A DNA stretch of 64,000 bases, taken from NCBI GenBank assembly GCA_036337435.1, contig JAYZEG010000010.1:32001-96000 (forward strand). The letters are read 5' to 3'. Below are positions 20,494-29,838 of this stretch, piece by piece; position 1 is the first letter of the stretch, and every line of letters starts with the position of its first letter. The notes under the pieces were generated by a model. It did no database searches. It was not told the DNA's origin and saw only the letters and a program-made list of their open reading frames with translations. Source of the DNA: Myxococcota bacterium (GTDB lineage Bacteria; Myxococcota_A; Bradymonadia; UBA7976; UBA1532). The translations under genes were made by a program, and so were the position numbers.

Positions 20494-22236
20494 TCAATTA
20501 TCAGCCCATTCAATACGGCGGGCGGCTGATACAATATCTGAAGGCAAAGCCGACCGATAGGCCTGGTCGAAGGCATCGGCCAATTGACCGGCAGTCGAAA
20601 ACCGGTCTACGGGATCGGGTGCCATGGCGATGCTCAGAAAATCGCTGATCTGCCCATCTAAATCCGGGGCTACGACCTGAGGGCGAGTTGGCCTTTGATA
20701 CGCTGCTGCCGCAACGGCATTAAAGCCAGACCCCTGGAAGGGCGGTGCGCCAGTCAAGCAGCGGTAGAGAACCGCACCCAGTGCATACAAATCTGTACGG
20801 TGATCTAGCTCGTGTCCTCGAGCCTGCTCAGGTGCCATATATCGGGGCGTTCCAACCACACAGCCGGCATGTGTCAATGTCTCGGCACCGGTCGTCCACT
20901 TTGAAACACCAAAATCGAGTACCTTCCAAACATTTCGAGTACTGCTTTCTCGGTGCGCGAAAAGATTATGGGGTTTAATGTCCCGGTGGATAACGCCTTG
21001 TTCGTGTGCGGCCGTGAGCCCGCGGCAGATGTGATGTACGAGACGGTGACATGCCCGAACGGATAAGCGTCCGCGGCGCCTCAGAATCGCGGCCAAGTCA
21101 TGTCCGTCGAGACGCTCCATTGCGATATATAACGTTCCATCAGTGTCTTGACCAAATTCATACACTTGCGTCACATGTGGCGACCGGATCTGGCGGGCAA
21201 TTTGTGCCTCGCGCTTGAATCGAGACACGATGGCTTCATTCTGAGTGTCTGACGTGTTCAGAATTTTAAGTGCTGACCGTTTTCCGCTCTTTTGCTCAAC
21301 CGCGTCGTACACTTCACCAGATGCACCCCGCCCGAGTAAGGGACCTAGGCGGTAATCTGAAATTGACTGGCCTGTCAGGCGACCAGACAAGCCCTCATCC
21401 CCGAAAATTCTTTCCAACTCAGCTTGGGCTTCTTCGAGCTGAACTTTTTTTAAATTGATGTCCATAACGGCACTTGCAACCGAGCCCATAGCATTTTCAA
21501 CCGCGTCCCGTGACCAAGTGGCCTGGGCAAAAGTGACGAGCAGAACCATGGGAACCATCAGGGTCATAAAGAGCATAGCCGATGCCCCCGCGTTGTTCCC
21601 GGTGAAAACGCCGATATCCTGGATTCGCCCTGTCAAGACACCAAGGAACAAAGCGAGGGTTAAAATAATGGCTGCAGAGCAAATGAGTACGGCGCCTCTT
21701 CGGTCAGCACCTTGCCCAAAAAAGCTGATACCGAGAGTGATGGCGAGCGCAGTTGGCGAATATGGCCCCAAATAAATAAGCGCGTTTACACAAGCAACGA
21801 CACCCACGATTCCGAAAATCCGAAACACGTTGCGATCGTATTTTTTGGGATTCTTGGCAACCCTCCAAACACCCAGACCTGTCAGTGCGAAAACGAAGAG
21901 GGTCGACGCAAAAATCAAGCTGTGTCCGCTGTGACCGGAATCTAAAAACGGCAGCCAAGCGAGTGTAACCAGACAAATCACACTGAATATGAGTCCGATA
22001 TTGCTTGCACGGATCGCTTCAGCTTCATGCAAACTGAGCTGTATATGTGAAACGGTCACCGCTGATTCAGGGCGTCGATCAAGATTTGAATGATCAACAG
22101 AAATTGGATTGGAGGGTGCGCGCTGGCCTGTTTGTATGGTGACGTCTTGTTCAATATGCCGAACCGCCCGGTCGGTCAGATTCTGAATTGACTCGATTGG
22201 AAAACGAGCGTCGGGTTTTCTGGGCTCAGACATCAA
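20494..22236 (-). CDS. Ser/Thr protein kinase with N-terminal multi-pass membrane domain
   Basis: LGRGASGEVY, ALK, HRDIKPHN, DFG, GTPRYMAPE; about six hydrophobic segments upstream. Confidence 0.92.
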   Translation of the reverse strand: MMSEPRKPDARFPIESIQNLTDRAVRHIEQDVTIQTGQRAPSNPISVDHSNLDRRPESAVTVSHIQLSLHEAEAIRASNIGLIFSVICLVTLAWLPFLDSGHSGHSLIFASTLFVFALTGLGVWRVAKNPKKYDRNVFRIFGIVGVVACVNALIYLGPYSPTALAITLGISFFGQGADRRGAVLICSAAIILTLALFLGVLTGRIQDIGVFTGNNAGASAMLFMTLMVPMVLLVTFAQATWSRDAVENAMGSVASAVMDINLKKVQLEEAQAELERIFGDEGLSGRLTGQSISDYRLGPLLGRGASGEVYDAVEQKSGKRSALKILNTSDTQNEAIVSRFKREAQIARQIRSPHVTQVYEFGQDTDGTLYIAMERLDGHDLAAILRRRGRLSVRACHRLVHHICRGLTAAHEQGVIHRDIKPHNLFAHRESSTRNVWKVLDFGVSKWTTGAETLTHAGCVVGTPRYMAPEQARGHELDHRTDLYALGAVLYRCLTGAPPFQGSGFNAVAAAAYQRPTRPQVVAPDLDGQISDFLSIAMAPDPVDRFSTAGQLADAFDQAYRSALPSDIVSAARRIEWADN

Positions 22237-22510
22237 CTGCGTCCAACATGGCTAGGTCTCGATTAGTCTAGCATGATCTTATCGTCTGCACCCATGTTCA
22301 TTGGACATCCGACTCTATTCTAAACGGATAGCATCATCGGAATGTCACAGGTCAAACGTAGATGACTGACCGACGGGCTGACGCCTCAATTATAACGCCC
22401 GATGAGGGCAATTAATGACTCGGTCTTTTGACCCCACTTGTGTGACCTACTGTCCACATTTATCGGTTCATGACGGCAAGGTTCACCTGAGCTTGGCCTC
22501 CCCGTAAACT

Positions 22511-22526
22511 TGGCATGCGGCTTGCT
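22511..22526 (+). promoter_or_regulatory. Sigma54 -24/-12 promoter
   Basis: TGGCATG-CGGC-TTGCT versus consensus TGGCACG-N4-TTGCW; exact GG-N10-GC spacing. Confidence 0.75.
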
Positions 22527-22536
22527 ATCTCATGGA

Positions 22537-22945
22537 CGCAGGAAAGCAACTTGGGTCCAGAAGGAGGACCACCACGAGGGTCGATGCCGTGACACGTACG
22601 TCAACGCATCGGACAAGAAATTCAGTCTCGGCCTACAAGCTATAGAGGTAGCGGGCATCACGTCCCCCATCCCCCCCAGTGGATGCTCGCTACCCTCATT
22701 TTTACCAGGGTGCGTGACAGTCTGGTTGCTAAATGAGGGTGCTCAATAAGCGAGTCAGACAGGCTAAAGGTAGCGGGCATCACGCCCCCGTCCCCCCAAC
22801 AGGATGCTCGCTACCTCTCATTTTTTTCGGTAGGCAAGCCGTAAACCCATACGCGTTGCGGTTCTTGACATGACCTAAACTCTAGGCAGCGGGTATCCGT
22901 CTCCCCTCCGTCCCCCAAACAGGATACTCGCTGCCTCGCCTCACT
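22537..22945 (+). ncRNA. Putative sigma54-driven structured RNA or tandem sRNA precursor
   Basis: No credible CDS between the promoter and the convergent antiporter gene; 5' hairpins plus three conserved C-loop hairpins; ends inferred. Confidence 0.65.
22647..22936 (+). repeat. Three dispersed copies of a ~50-nt C-rich-loop hairpin (22647-22694, 22768-22816, 22884-22936)
   Basis: GGYAGCGGGYATC-[C-rich loop]-GATRCTCGCTRCC; periods of 122 and 116 bp; unrelated intervening sequence. Confidence 0.95.
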
Positions 22946-22996
22946 TAAAACAAAGCAGCTACCAGGGACCAGACGGGTTGGTCAATACCCCCGAAA

Positions 22997-24178
22997 TTAA
23001 GAGAATAGCGACGACGAAAATGGGGGGATCAGCTTCATGGCAGTTGCCACAATGTACGCAGTCCAGAAAATGTACAAACTGCCGAGGAACCAGCCTCTTC
23101 CCTTACCAACGCTGACAGTTCGAGTCCCATCATCGGCGGTGCCTCGAGGCCCAGTCAGAAAGGTCAACAAGATAATGACGGTTGCGCCAACCAAGATAAT
23201 TCGAAGGTCTTGAACTGCCGCCCCGCTTCCAGCTGTACCGCCCGTCAATGCGATCTCACTGCCGTTGTAGAGGCAGTAGGCCAGCAGGGGTAATCCCAAG
23301 GCAACACAGATGTCGAAAATATTACTCCCAACAGCATTAGACACCGCATCGTCGTAATCTCCCTTCATCGCGTCTTTGTAGGAGATGACGGTATCTGGAA
23401 CGCTGGTTGCCGCAGCCCCCAGGATGACAGCAGTGAAGTATGCTGGTACACCGAGTGCGTCAGCGGAATGGATTACGGCCTCGGCTAAGAAATAGCATGC
23501 ACCGCCGATGGTTGCCGTGGCGCAAATCAGAACGACCCATGCGGAGCCTTTGGTAAACTCGTTGCCGCCATAAATCAGATTATTGTAATCGAAGGTAAGC
23601 AGATTGGCGACAAAGCCCTTATGCTCGTCCTCCTCATCATCATCATCATCGTCGTCGTCATCATCTCCCCCGCCCATGCCACGAAGGAGAACGCCAAAGT
23701 AGACGACATAAATACCGATCAAAGCTGCACCCATCCACCAAGCCAATGCGGTGTTGCCGAGAAATACGATGAGTGCGACCTCAGCTAGGATGAAGAAGAA
23801 TCCGTCTCGCAGAAGCGTACTCTGCCCCAAACTAACGCTGTTAATTACCTCGCCATTTACGCCTTTCGTGGTCACGGCAATAATGCAGACGGCTGGTATG
23901 ACAGCTGCATTGAACACGGCACTGCCCGCGCATGTTGCGATACCAGCGGAGAAGCCATCGGTGTCGTGATAGAGAAAGAGCAGAAATAAGGTGGTGAACA
24001 ATTCCGGTAGAGAACTTGCGATCGCTTCGATGGTCGCGCCTCGAATACCGGGCTTCATCTTATAGACTTTCTTCCCCAAATGGTCTGAAGCCCCCTCAAA
24101 CGAATCGCAGGCGAACTTAATGACATACATCGCGGCACAAACCAGCCCTAAAGACTGCATGAGTTTCGTTACGTCCAA
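22997..24178 (-). CDS. Ca2+/cation antiporter (CaCA, YrbG-like)
   Basis: Alpha repeats ASSLPEL..GSAVFN and ATSVPD..VGSNIFD; poly-Asp central loop. Confidence 0.9.
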   Translation of the reverse strand: MDVTKLMQSLGLVCAAMYVIKFACDSFEGASDHLGKKVYKMKPGIRGATIEAIASSLPELFTTLFLLFLYHDTDGFSAGIATCAGSAVFNAAVIPAVCIIAVTTKGVNGEVINSVSLGQSTLLRDGFFFILAEVALIVFLGNTALAWWMGAALIGIYVVYFGVLLRGMGGGDDDDDDDDDDEEDEHKGFVANLLTFDYNNLIYGGNEFTKGSAWVVLICATATIGGACYFLAEAVIHSADALGVPAYFTAVILGAAATSVPDTVISYKDAMKGDYDDAVSNAVGSNIFDICVALGLPLLAYCLYNGSEIALTGGTAGSGAAVQDLRIILVGATVIILLTFLTGPRGTADDGTRTVSVGKGRGWFLGSLYIFWTAYIVATAMKLIPPFSSSLFS

Positions 24179-24345
24179 TTTATGCTTCTCCTTGAAATGA
24201 ACGGAGGTATAGGCGAATCAAAAGTCATCTAGCCGGTCAACGCAATCTGAGTCGACCGGCTAAATCATGGCCCGTTAAATACCCGTCTGACAACCCGATG
24301 CCGTATCGTGTTTGACGGCACGGCACCGGAGTCGTTTCCTCGGAC

Positions 24346-26124
24346 CTAATCGTCCAAGTTGTATTGGAAGAAATTATCCCATTTCTCGTCCATGGCGCGA
24401 AGTGCTTCGTCCATTGGAACCGCCCAATATTGACCATTTTTGTGGGCCACGATGGGGAGAAACTTCCTCATACTATCCTGTTCTTCAGACGGCTTCGGTA
24501 GATTGTCCGCACCAGCATCGGCCGCGACGAGTTCCAAAGCACCGTCGACATCAAAATCGACCTCGAGGTCGTTGAAATTATCTTTGAGGAAAACTTCGAC
24601 AGCTTCGTCTAGATCTTCCGATGACATGGTTTTAGTCGGTTGCCCATTGGCACCGATAACAGCTTGGTTTTTGACAAGTAACAGATATGAGAGGAACGCT
24701 TCTTTAAATTCTTGTTCTTCAACCGAGTCGACCAAGAACTGCATCACGCCCATGTTACTGTCGAGATTTCGCTCGTAGAGGTCTTGCGCAATCTTAGCGA
24801 TGTATTTGACCCGTGTGCGTAAGAATCCAGTTACAGTCTTCAATAAGACCGCGACCATGATACCAATAAATGCGAGAAAACCACCGCCGCTGCCATCGTC
24901 TGAGCCGCCGGTTGCTTTGACAATACCTGTGATTAACGTCGCCAGAACAACGAGGCTTAACACCGTTTTGTCGAAAGGCCGCATCTTGAGTTTCTTCTCT
25001 GGGAAGACGACCTCAAGGTCAGCCATTGGAATGTTCTTGAAAATCTTGATGGAAATGGGCTTGACCGCCGGTTCCTCAGGCTTCTTGAACATCTTATTGA
25101 CCATGCCGCCCAAGAGCGGATTGGTTCGAAGTGCCCTAAATGGGTCTTTTGCCTTCAAGCGAAACAAACAAATGACACGCTCGAAAGCTGGTTCCTGCAG
25201 CGTTGTTTTGCCAACAAATGAACCCCAGTTGGTCAGCTGGTTCTCTAGATTCATTCGCCGCAACCAGCGGGGTAGAAATGCGACATCAATGTCTTTTCGT
25301 TCAGGTGCTTTATACTCTTCTTCAACAGCACCCAATTGCTCCTGCAGTTTCTTCGAGAAAGAGGCCACCAATCGAATCGCTAACTTGACGACCCGCTCGA
25401 CCAAGAGGTTCACCTTGCTTAAAAGAAAAGCACCCTCTACGCGTTCAGGTGTCTTACCCCGTGTAAAGATGAGCATTTGGTCTTTGGTATCTTCAGGCTG
25501 GTCGATCCACTCATTGAATGAACCTGCATCCGATGGAATACAGTCGGCCAACTGGGCTTTACCTTCAGCTGTTTCGGACCACGCCGAAAAATCTCTAATG
25601 AGCTCGGGATCATGGCCTGTCCAGTTTGCATCAACCGGCATATCGAATACGAAGGTCGACGCATCGGCTAAGTCGTATTCTGGCTGGGTCAATGGATTGA
25701 AGTTGCCGCGTTCCATCAACTTCATGAAATTGGACAGAAAACGGCGTTCCCGGTGCTGGATTTCTTCTTCGGACAGGGCAACGGCGACCGTCTCATCATC
25801 ATCGTCGTCATCGTCTTCCACGACATCAGGAGAGAAAAATTCGTAATCTTCTTTGAGCTGGTTAAGCGTTTCGTGGAAATGAAAATGATAAATCCCATCG
25901 AGCAATTCGACAAAGTGCTTAAATTTCTCGACCTCGTCCTCCGAGCGCGCGTAGTCGCCCTTAAAAGCGGCTACAACCTTGGCTTTGCTAATCGGGATAT
26001 ACATTTCATGAGGGATCTCGACCCACTCACGATCTTCGCCAACCCCGCTGGGCGGCTCCTCTCCGCGCCAATAGGTCTCTCCCCATTTCTCCGGCTTAAT
26101 CCAGACGTTTGCTTCATCACTCAC
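24346..26124 (-). CDS. TMEM143/DUF3754 family protein
   Basis: LKEDYEFFSP, KIFKNIPMADLEVVFPEKK, EEQEFKEAFLSY, VDFDVDGAL; GTG start at 26124 after GGAGGAG. Confidence 0.8.
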   Translation of the reverse strand: MSDEANVWIKPEKWGETYWRGEEPPSGVGEDREWVEIPHEMYIPISKAKVVAAFKGDYARSEDEVEKFKHFVELLDGIYHFHFHETLNQLKEDYEFFSPDVVEDDDDDDDETVAVALSEEEIQHRERRFLSNFMKLMERGNFNPLTQPEYDLADASTFVFDMPVDANWTGHDPELIRDFSAWSETAEGKAQLADCIPSDAGSFNEWIDQPEDTKDQMLIFTRGKTPERVEGAFLLSKVNLLVERVVKLAIRLVASFSKKLQEQLGAVEEEYKAPERKDIDVAFLPRWLRRMNLENQLTNWGSFVGKTTLQEPAFERVICLFRLKAKDPFRALRTNPLLGGMVNKMFKKPEEPAVKPISIKIFKNIPMADLEVVFPEKKLKMRPFDKTVLSLVVLATLITGIVKATGGSDDGSGGGFLAFIGIMVAVLLKTVTGFLRTRVKYIAKIAQDLYERNLDSNMGVMQFLVDSVEEQEFKEAFLSYLLLVKNQAVIGANGQPTKTMSSEDLDEAVEVFLKDNFNDLEVDFDVDGALELVAADAGADNLPKPSEEQDSMRKFLPIVAHKNGQYWAVPMDEALRAMDEKWDNFFQYNLDD

Positions 26125-26530
26125 GTCAAAAAACTCCTCCCAACACATCAGCCTTTGCCGACGGTCGATCCAATGGTTTTGTTGTCATCATGAAAGGCGG
26201 GCCACAGTGAATTATATATCAAAAACAATCTAGGCTGGGACCCATTCCCCATCCGTTACTGGGCGCAGTCTAAGTCGTTCCATGCCCATTTGCCAAGTAA
26301 ATAGAAATAACAGAATCTGGCCCGTTGAAAGATCCGTAAAAAGACAAATGTTGTTCCGTATGCAGCGGCATCAATGTGCCGATTTTATGGGCTTTTAGAG
26401 AGATTAAGACGGAAAATCCTAATGCAAATCTCGGCAATGCGTTCGAAAAACCCGGTTTATTATACCCATTAAAGACTCTTGAATAGCCCATTGTTCACCT
26501 GTACTGTCCAGATACTTTGGAGGAAATATT

Positions 26531-26956
26531 ATGGTATCTAGAAAGCTTAAATTTACAGCACAACAAGTGGCGTGGCGGGCTGCATTTGCCCTGATTATCA
26601 CGCTGATCACGTTCAACCCGATCAAGTCATTCTTTGGTTCATTGGCCGATACGGTTTGGAGCCCAATGCCCTGGGGAACGATTCTATTCGCGCTCATTTT
26701 GGTCGCAGGGTGGGCATTCATACTGATAAATGCAAAACAACTCCTCGGCAAATGGGGCTTTATTGCAATTTTGGTCATTTTTGGAACTTTCGTCGCGATG
26801 CTGGTTTCGAAGGGGATGGTCTCAAGTGGCAAGGGGGCTGCCTGGATCGGGACTTTGGGCCTGTGGTTGCTGGCAACGATATCACTGACAGGCGGATATA
26901 TTTTCCGCTATTTGACCGGGCGCCTTCATGTCGAAGATGGAGATATGGACGCTTAG
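26531..26956 (+). CDS. Small membrane protein, DUF6524-like
   Basis: GGAGG RBS; four TM segments; TFNP and C-terminal RYLTGRLHVED pattern. Confidence 0.7.
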   Translation: MVSRKLKFTAQQVAWRAAFALIITLITFNPIKSFFGSLADTVWSPMPWGTILFALILVAGWAFILINAKQLLGKWGFIAILVIFGTFVAMLVSKGMVSSGKGAAWIGTLGLWLLATISLTGGYIFRYLTGRLHVEDGDMDA

Positions 26957-26977
26957 GCTCAGAAAATTATTTTGAGA

Positions 26978-27007
26978 AAGCCGGGCGTTGTGACGTCCGG
27001 CTTTTTT
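26978..27007 (+). terminator. Intrinsic terminator
   Basis: AAGCCGGGCGT-tgtg-ACGTCCGGCTT followed by a T run. Confidence 0.8.
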
Positions 27008-27320
27008 ATTGACCCAAAACCGGCAACAGAACTTTGCTCAGGGTGATAGACCCCAACGGAGCCAAACTCAACGACTCGCACTCAGGGCGGCTTTGAACCA
27101 CATAGACAAACGAGAGGTGGTCTAAAGTCAATCTCCACTGCCTGAGGTCTGAATCGTTTGTTGACCGGCTTACCGAGCCAGGTCAGGCTAAAAATGCGAT
27201 GACGTCTAACAAGATATTTGATTCTCACGCCGCCTCATGTCGTACTTCGGTTTGTCTAGACTTGATTAATCAAAGACATACTTAATTTAAAATCGACCGG
27301 TCCCCGGTTGGAGCAGACGA

Positions 27321-29768
27321 ATGAAACGATACGTACTCTTCCTTTTGACAACCGCCCTCATCACCGGGTGCATCGAATCACGGACATCCTCGGTCGACCC
27401 TGGAGAGAGTGCCGACTCGGCGACAACGGATACAGGTGGAGACGGTCAAGACGGCGCATCCAATATGCCCGTTGATGCGAGTGTGGACGCCGTGCCAACA
27501 AATGGCTGCGAGATAGAGGCCGATTGCCCTGCCGGGTCTGATTGCGTAGACGGACAGTGTACGGACCCTGAATGTCTAGATGACGACCAATGCACAGCCT
27601 TCGTTCAGGGCTGTGTCGAAGGCGCTTGTCGGGACAGATGCGTTGGACCCGGCACGTGTTTTAGGGGGGGACAATGTCAAGATGGCTTCTGCCTTCCGCC
27701 TGAATGCGAGTCGGACGCCGCATGTGATGAGAACCGATTTTGCCGCGATGGACGTTGCGTCGATATCGCCAGCTGTGAGGCCGATTCGGAATGTGGTCCC
27801 GATGAGCGTTGCGTCGAGAATTTATGTGAGGCTCTTCCTGACTGTGTTGGCGACAGAGAATGTGCCGAGAATGCCATTTGTGAAAGCGGTCGTTGTCGCC
27901 CTCAGAGCGCATGTTCGTCAGACAATGACTGTGAGGGGGACGAGGATTGCGTAGGCGGCCGTTGCGTTCCGACGGTCTGCCGGGGCGCCAGCGATTGCGC
28001 CCCGGACCAAGCGTGCTGGGACGGCCGTTGCGTGGACAACACGATCCTCGAAATTGAAACCATTGCGATTACCAACTACCCGCGTGTCATCAGGGTTAAT
28101 GCAGCTCCCTCGGCCTTGAATGCCGTCGCGCTCGACATACGCGGCGATGTGGTTCCAATCGCAGCAGAACGATTTTCATGGCGCTCGAACGATGAGGCCG
28201 TGCTTTCGTTCAATGACCGGGGTCTGCTCCGTCCAGTCCAAGTTGGCACAGCTGAGGTGGTCGCCTCGTTCACTCTTAACTCTGGTGATGTCGTCGACAG
28301 TCCGCCTGTATCTATTCGAGTGATTCCGAGCCGAATGGACGAAGTCCAACCGGATCAGATGACCCTCCGCATTGTGGATGCCGACGACGGGCGCTCGGTA
28401 GGTGGGTCCGTGATTGTCTACGGTGATCAAGAGGTGACGGTGGATGAGACGGGTGTCGCAATACTTGACGTCATCGAAGACGTCATCCCGATGCACGTGT
28501 TCTCTAACGATCATGATTATTTCACCGTGGTCGCGACACTTGAGAGTGATTCGTACGTGATTCCTTTACGCCGTCGAAGCTCTAATTCACGCATCGCCGG
28601 TATGTCCGGAGCTGTAGACTTCAGCGATATTCAAACCGAGGGAGGCGTCGATATCAGTCTTTCGGGGCCTTCCGTAGGTCAGCGGATGTCTGACCTGTCG
28701 TTCAATAGCTTGCTCGGCCCCACTTTCAATGTCGCCATCAATGCGGGACCCGCCAGTTTCGACATCCCAATCCCAAGTGGTGTGACGTTAGCCGCCGATG
28801 TACCGATCATCGGTCGAATCGAAGCCAAAAGTGATTTCTACGGAACGACAGAGCCAGGCATCCGACTGGCCTGGTCACTGGCTGGTCGAATAGATATTGG
28901 CCGACTCACTCAACTGGCACAAGGAGGTGACGGAGGTGCTGTGGGACAAGTCCTCGCGGCGATTCTTCCGTATTTTGAGACGTTTCAGCATGGACTGAGG
29001 GTCGGAGAGCGATTGGTCGCACTCCCCCAAGTCCCCGACGAAAATGATCTCGATGGTGATGGTGACGTCAATGAACTTAGACCGGATTATGACCGATTCC
29101 CCGTGCTCAATATCCGGCCAAACCAGGCTCAAGACCTGCGGTTGACCATCGATGTCAGTAACATATTTGTCCCTGAAGACCTATTGATCGTCTTTTCTGG
29201 TGTCACACTGCCAGGCATTGGTTTTGTGCCGTTGGGTGTGACGGCGGCGGACGAACCGGGGGAATACCCGGCCCGGATGGCCGCACCGTATGGTGGTCTG
29301 GAAGTGGGTATCCCGACATTTGTTGGCTTGTCTGCTCGTTTCGGCGATGGCCAGACCTTACCTGAGTCTCTGACAATTCATGTCCAGCGCAGTGACGATT
29401 TGAGGATTCCCAATCAGGTGGCCTTTGCGGCAGCACCCGTAACACGCCCTGAGATTGCAGAATGGAACAGCGTCATGCGCTCATTCGACGGTGCAGGTTC
29501 AGACGCATCGGATGCACACCGACTCGTACTCTTCGGTCCGGACGGTCGATGGGATGTTTACTTTGGTCCAAACGCCGATACTCAAATTAACCTGCCCTTT
29601 CCACCCGACGGGTACGATGACCTCGCCGCTGGCCCGGAACGACGCTTCGAGGCTCTCCAGTTCTCTGAAGACGTCCAACAAACGCTCAGTGAACTGTTCC
29701 GATTCGAAGGCAGAGGCATCAGTCAACTCGACGATCTACTGAGAACGATTGGCAAGCGGACACTCTAA
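27321..29768 (+). CDS. Large lipoprotein with tandem Cys-rich repeats and an Ig-like domain
   Basis: Lipobox ITGC; repeated CxxDxxC...CxxGxC; WRSNDEAVLSF Big_2-like segment. Confidence 0.8.
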   Translation: MKRYVLFLLTTALITGCIESRTSSVDPGESADSATTDTGGDGQDGASNMPVDASVDAVPTNGCEIEADCPAGSDCVDGQCTDPECLDDDQCTAFVQGCVEGACRDRCVGPGTCFRGGQCQDGFCLPPECESDAACDENRFCRDGRCVDIASCEADSECGPDERCVENLCEALPDCVGDRECAENAICESGRCRPQSACSSDNDCEGDEDCVGGRCVPTVCRGASDCAPDQACWDGRCVDNTILEIETIAITNYPRVIRVNAAPSALNAVALDIRGDVVPIAAERFSWRSNDEAVLSFNDRGLLRPVQVGTAEVVASFTLNSGDVVDSPPVSIRVIPSRMDEVQPDQMTLRIVDADDGRSVGGSVIVYGDQEVTVDETGVAILDVIEDVIPMHVFSNDHDYFTVVATLESDSYVIPLRRRSSNSRIAGMSGAVDFSDIQTEGGVDISLSGPSVGQRMSDLSFNSLLGPTFNVAINAGPASFDIPIPSGVTLAADVPIIGRIEAKSDFYGTTEPGIRLAWSLAGRIDIGRLTQLAQGGDGGAVGQVLAAILPYFETFQHGLRVGERLVALPQVPDENDLDGDGDVNELRPDYDRFPVLNIRPNQAQDLRLTIDVSNIFVPEDLLIVFSGVTLPGIGFVPLGVTAADEPGEYPARMAAPYGGLEVGIPTFVGLSARFGDGQTLPESLTIHVQRSDDLRIPNQVAFAAAPVTRPEIAEWNSVMRSFDGAGSDASDAHRLVLFGPDGRWDVYFGPNADTQINLPFPPDGYDDLAAGPERRFEALQFSEDVQQTLSELFRFEGRGISQLDDLLRTIGKRTL

Positions 29769-29838
29769 CGCAGCTGCGCAGTCCCGTGCGTCATCAAACC
29801 GCAAATCGGCGTTCTTCTGCTCGGGTTCTTGATTTAAG

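Noticed and set aside
22510..22749. 79-aa ORF, and a 37-codon ORF from ATG 22532
   Set aside because: Both start within or upstream of the predicted sigma54 start site, lack an RBS and show no protein-like features
22865..22870. Perfect TTGACA before hairpin 3
   Set aside because: No -10 element at 16-18 bp spacing
22647..22936. Repeat-spacer pattern read as a CRISPR array
   Set aside because: Only three ~50-nt units with variable internal loops and covarying stems, gaps of about 70 nt, and no cas genes in the window; this fits structured RNA better
24800..25846. 348-aa plus-strand ORF
   Set aside because: Antisense shadow of the TMEM143-family gene
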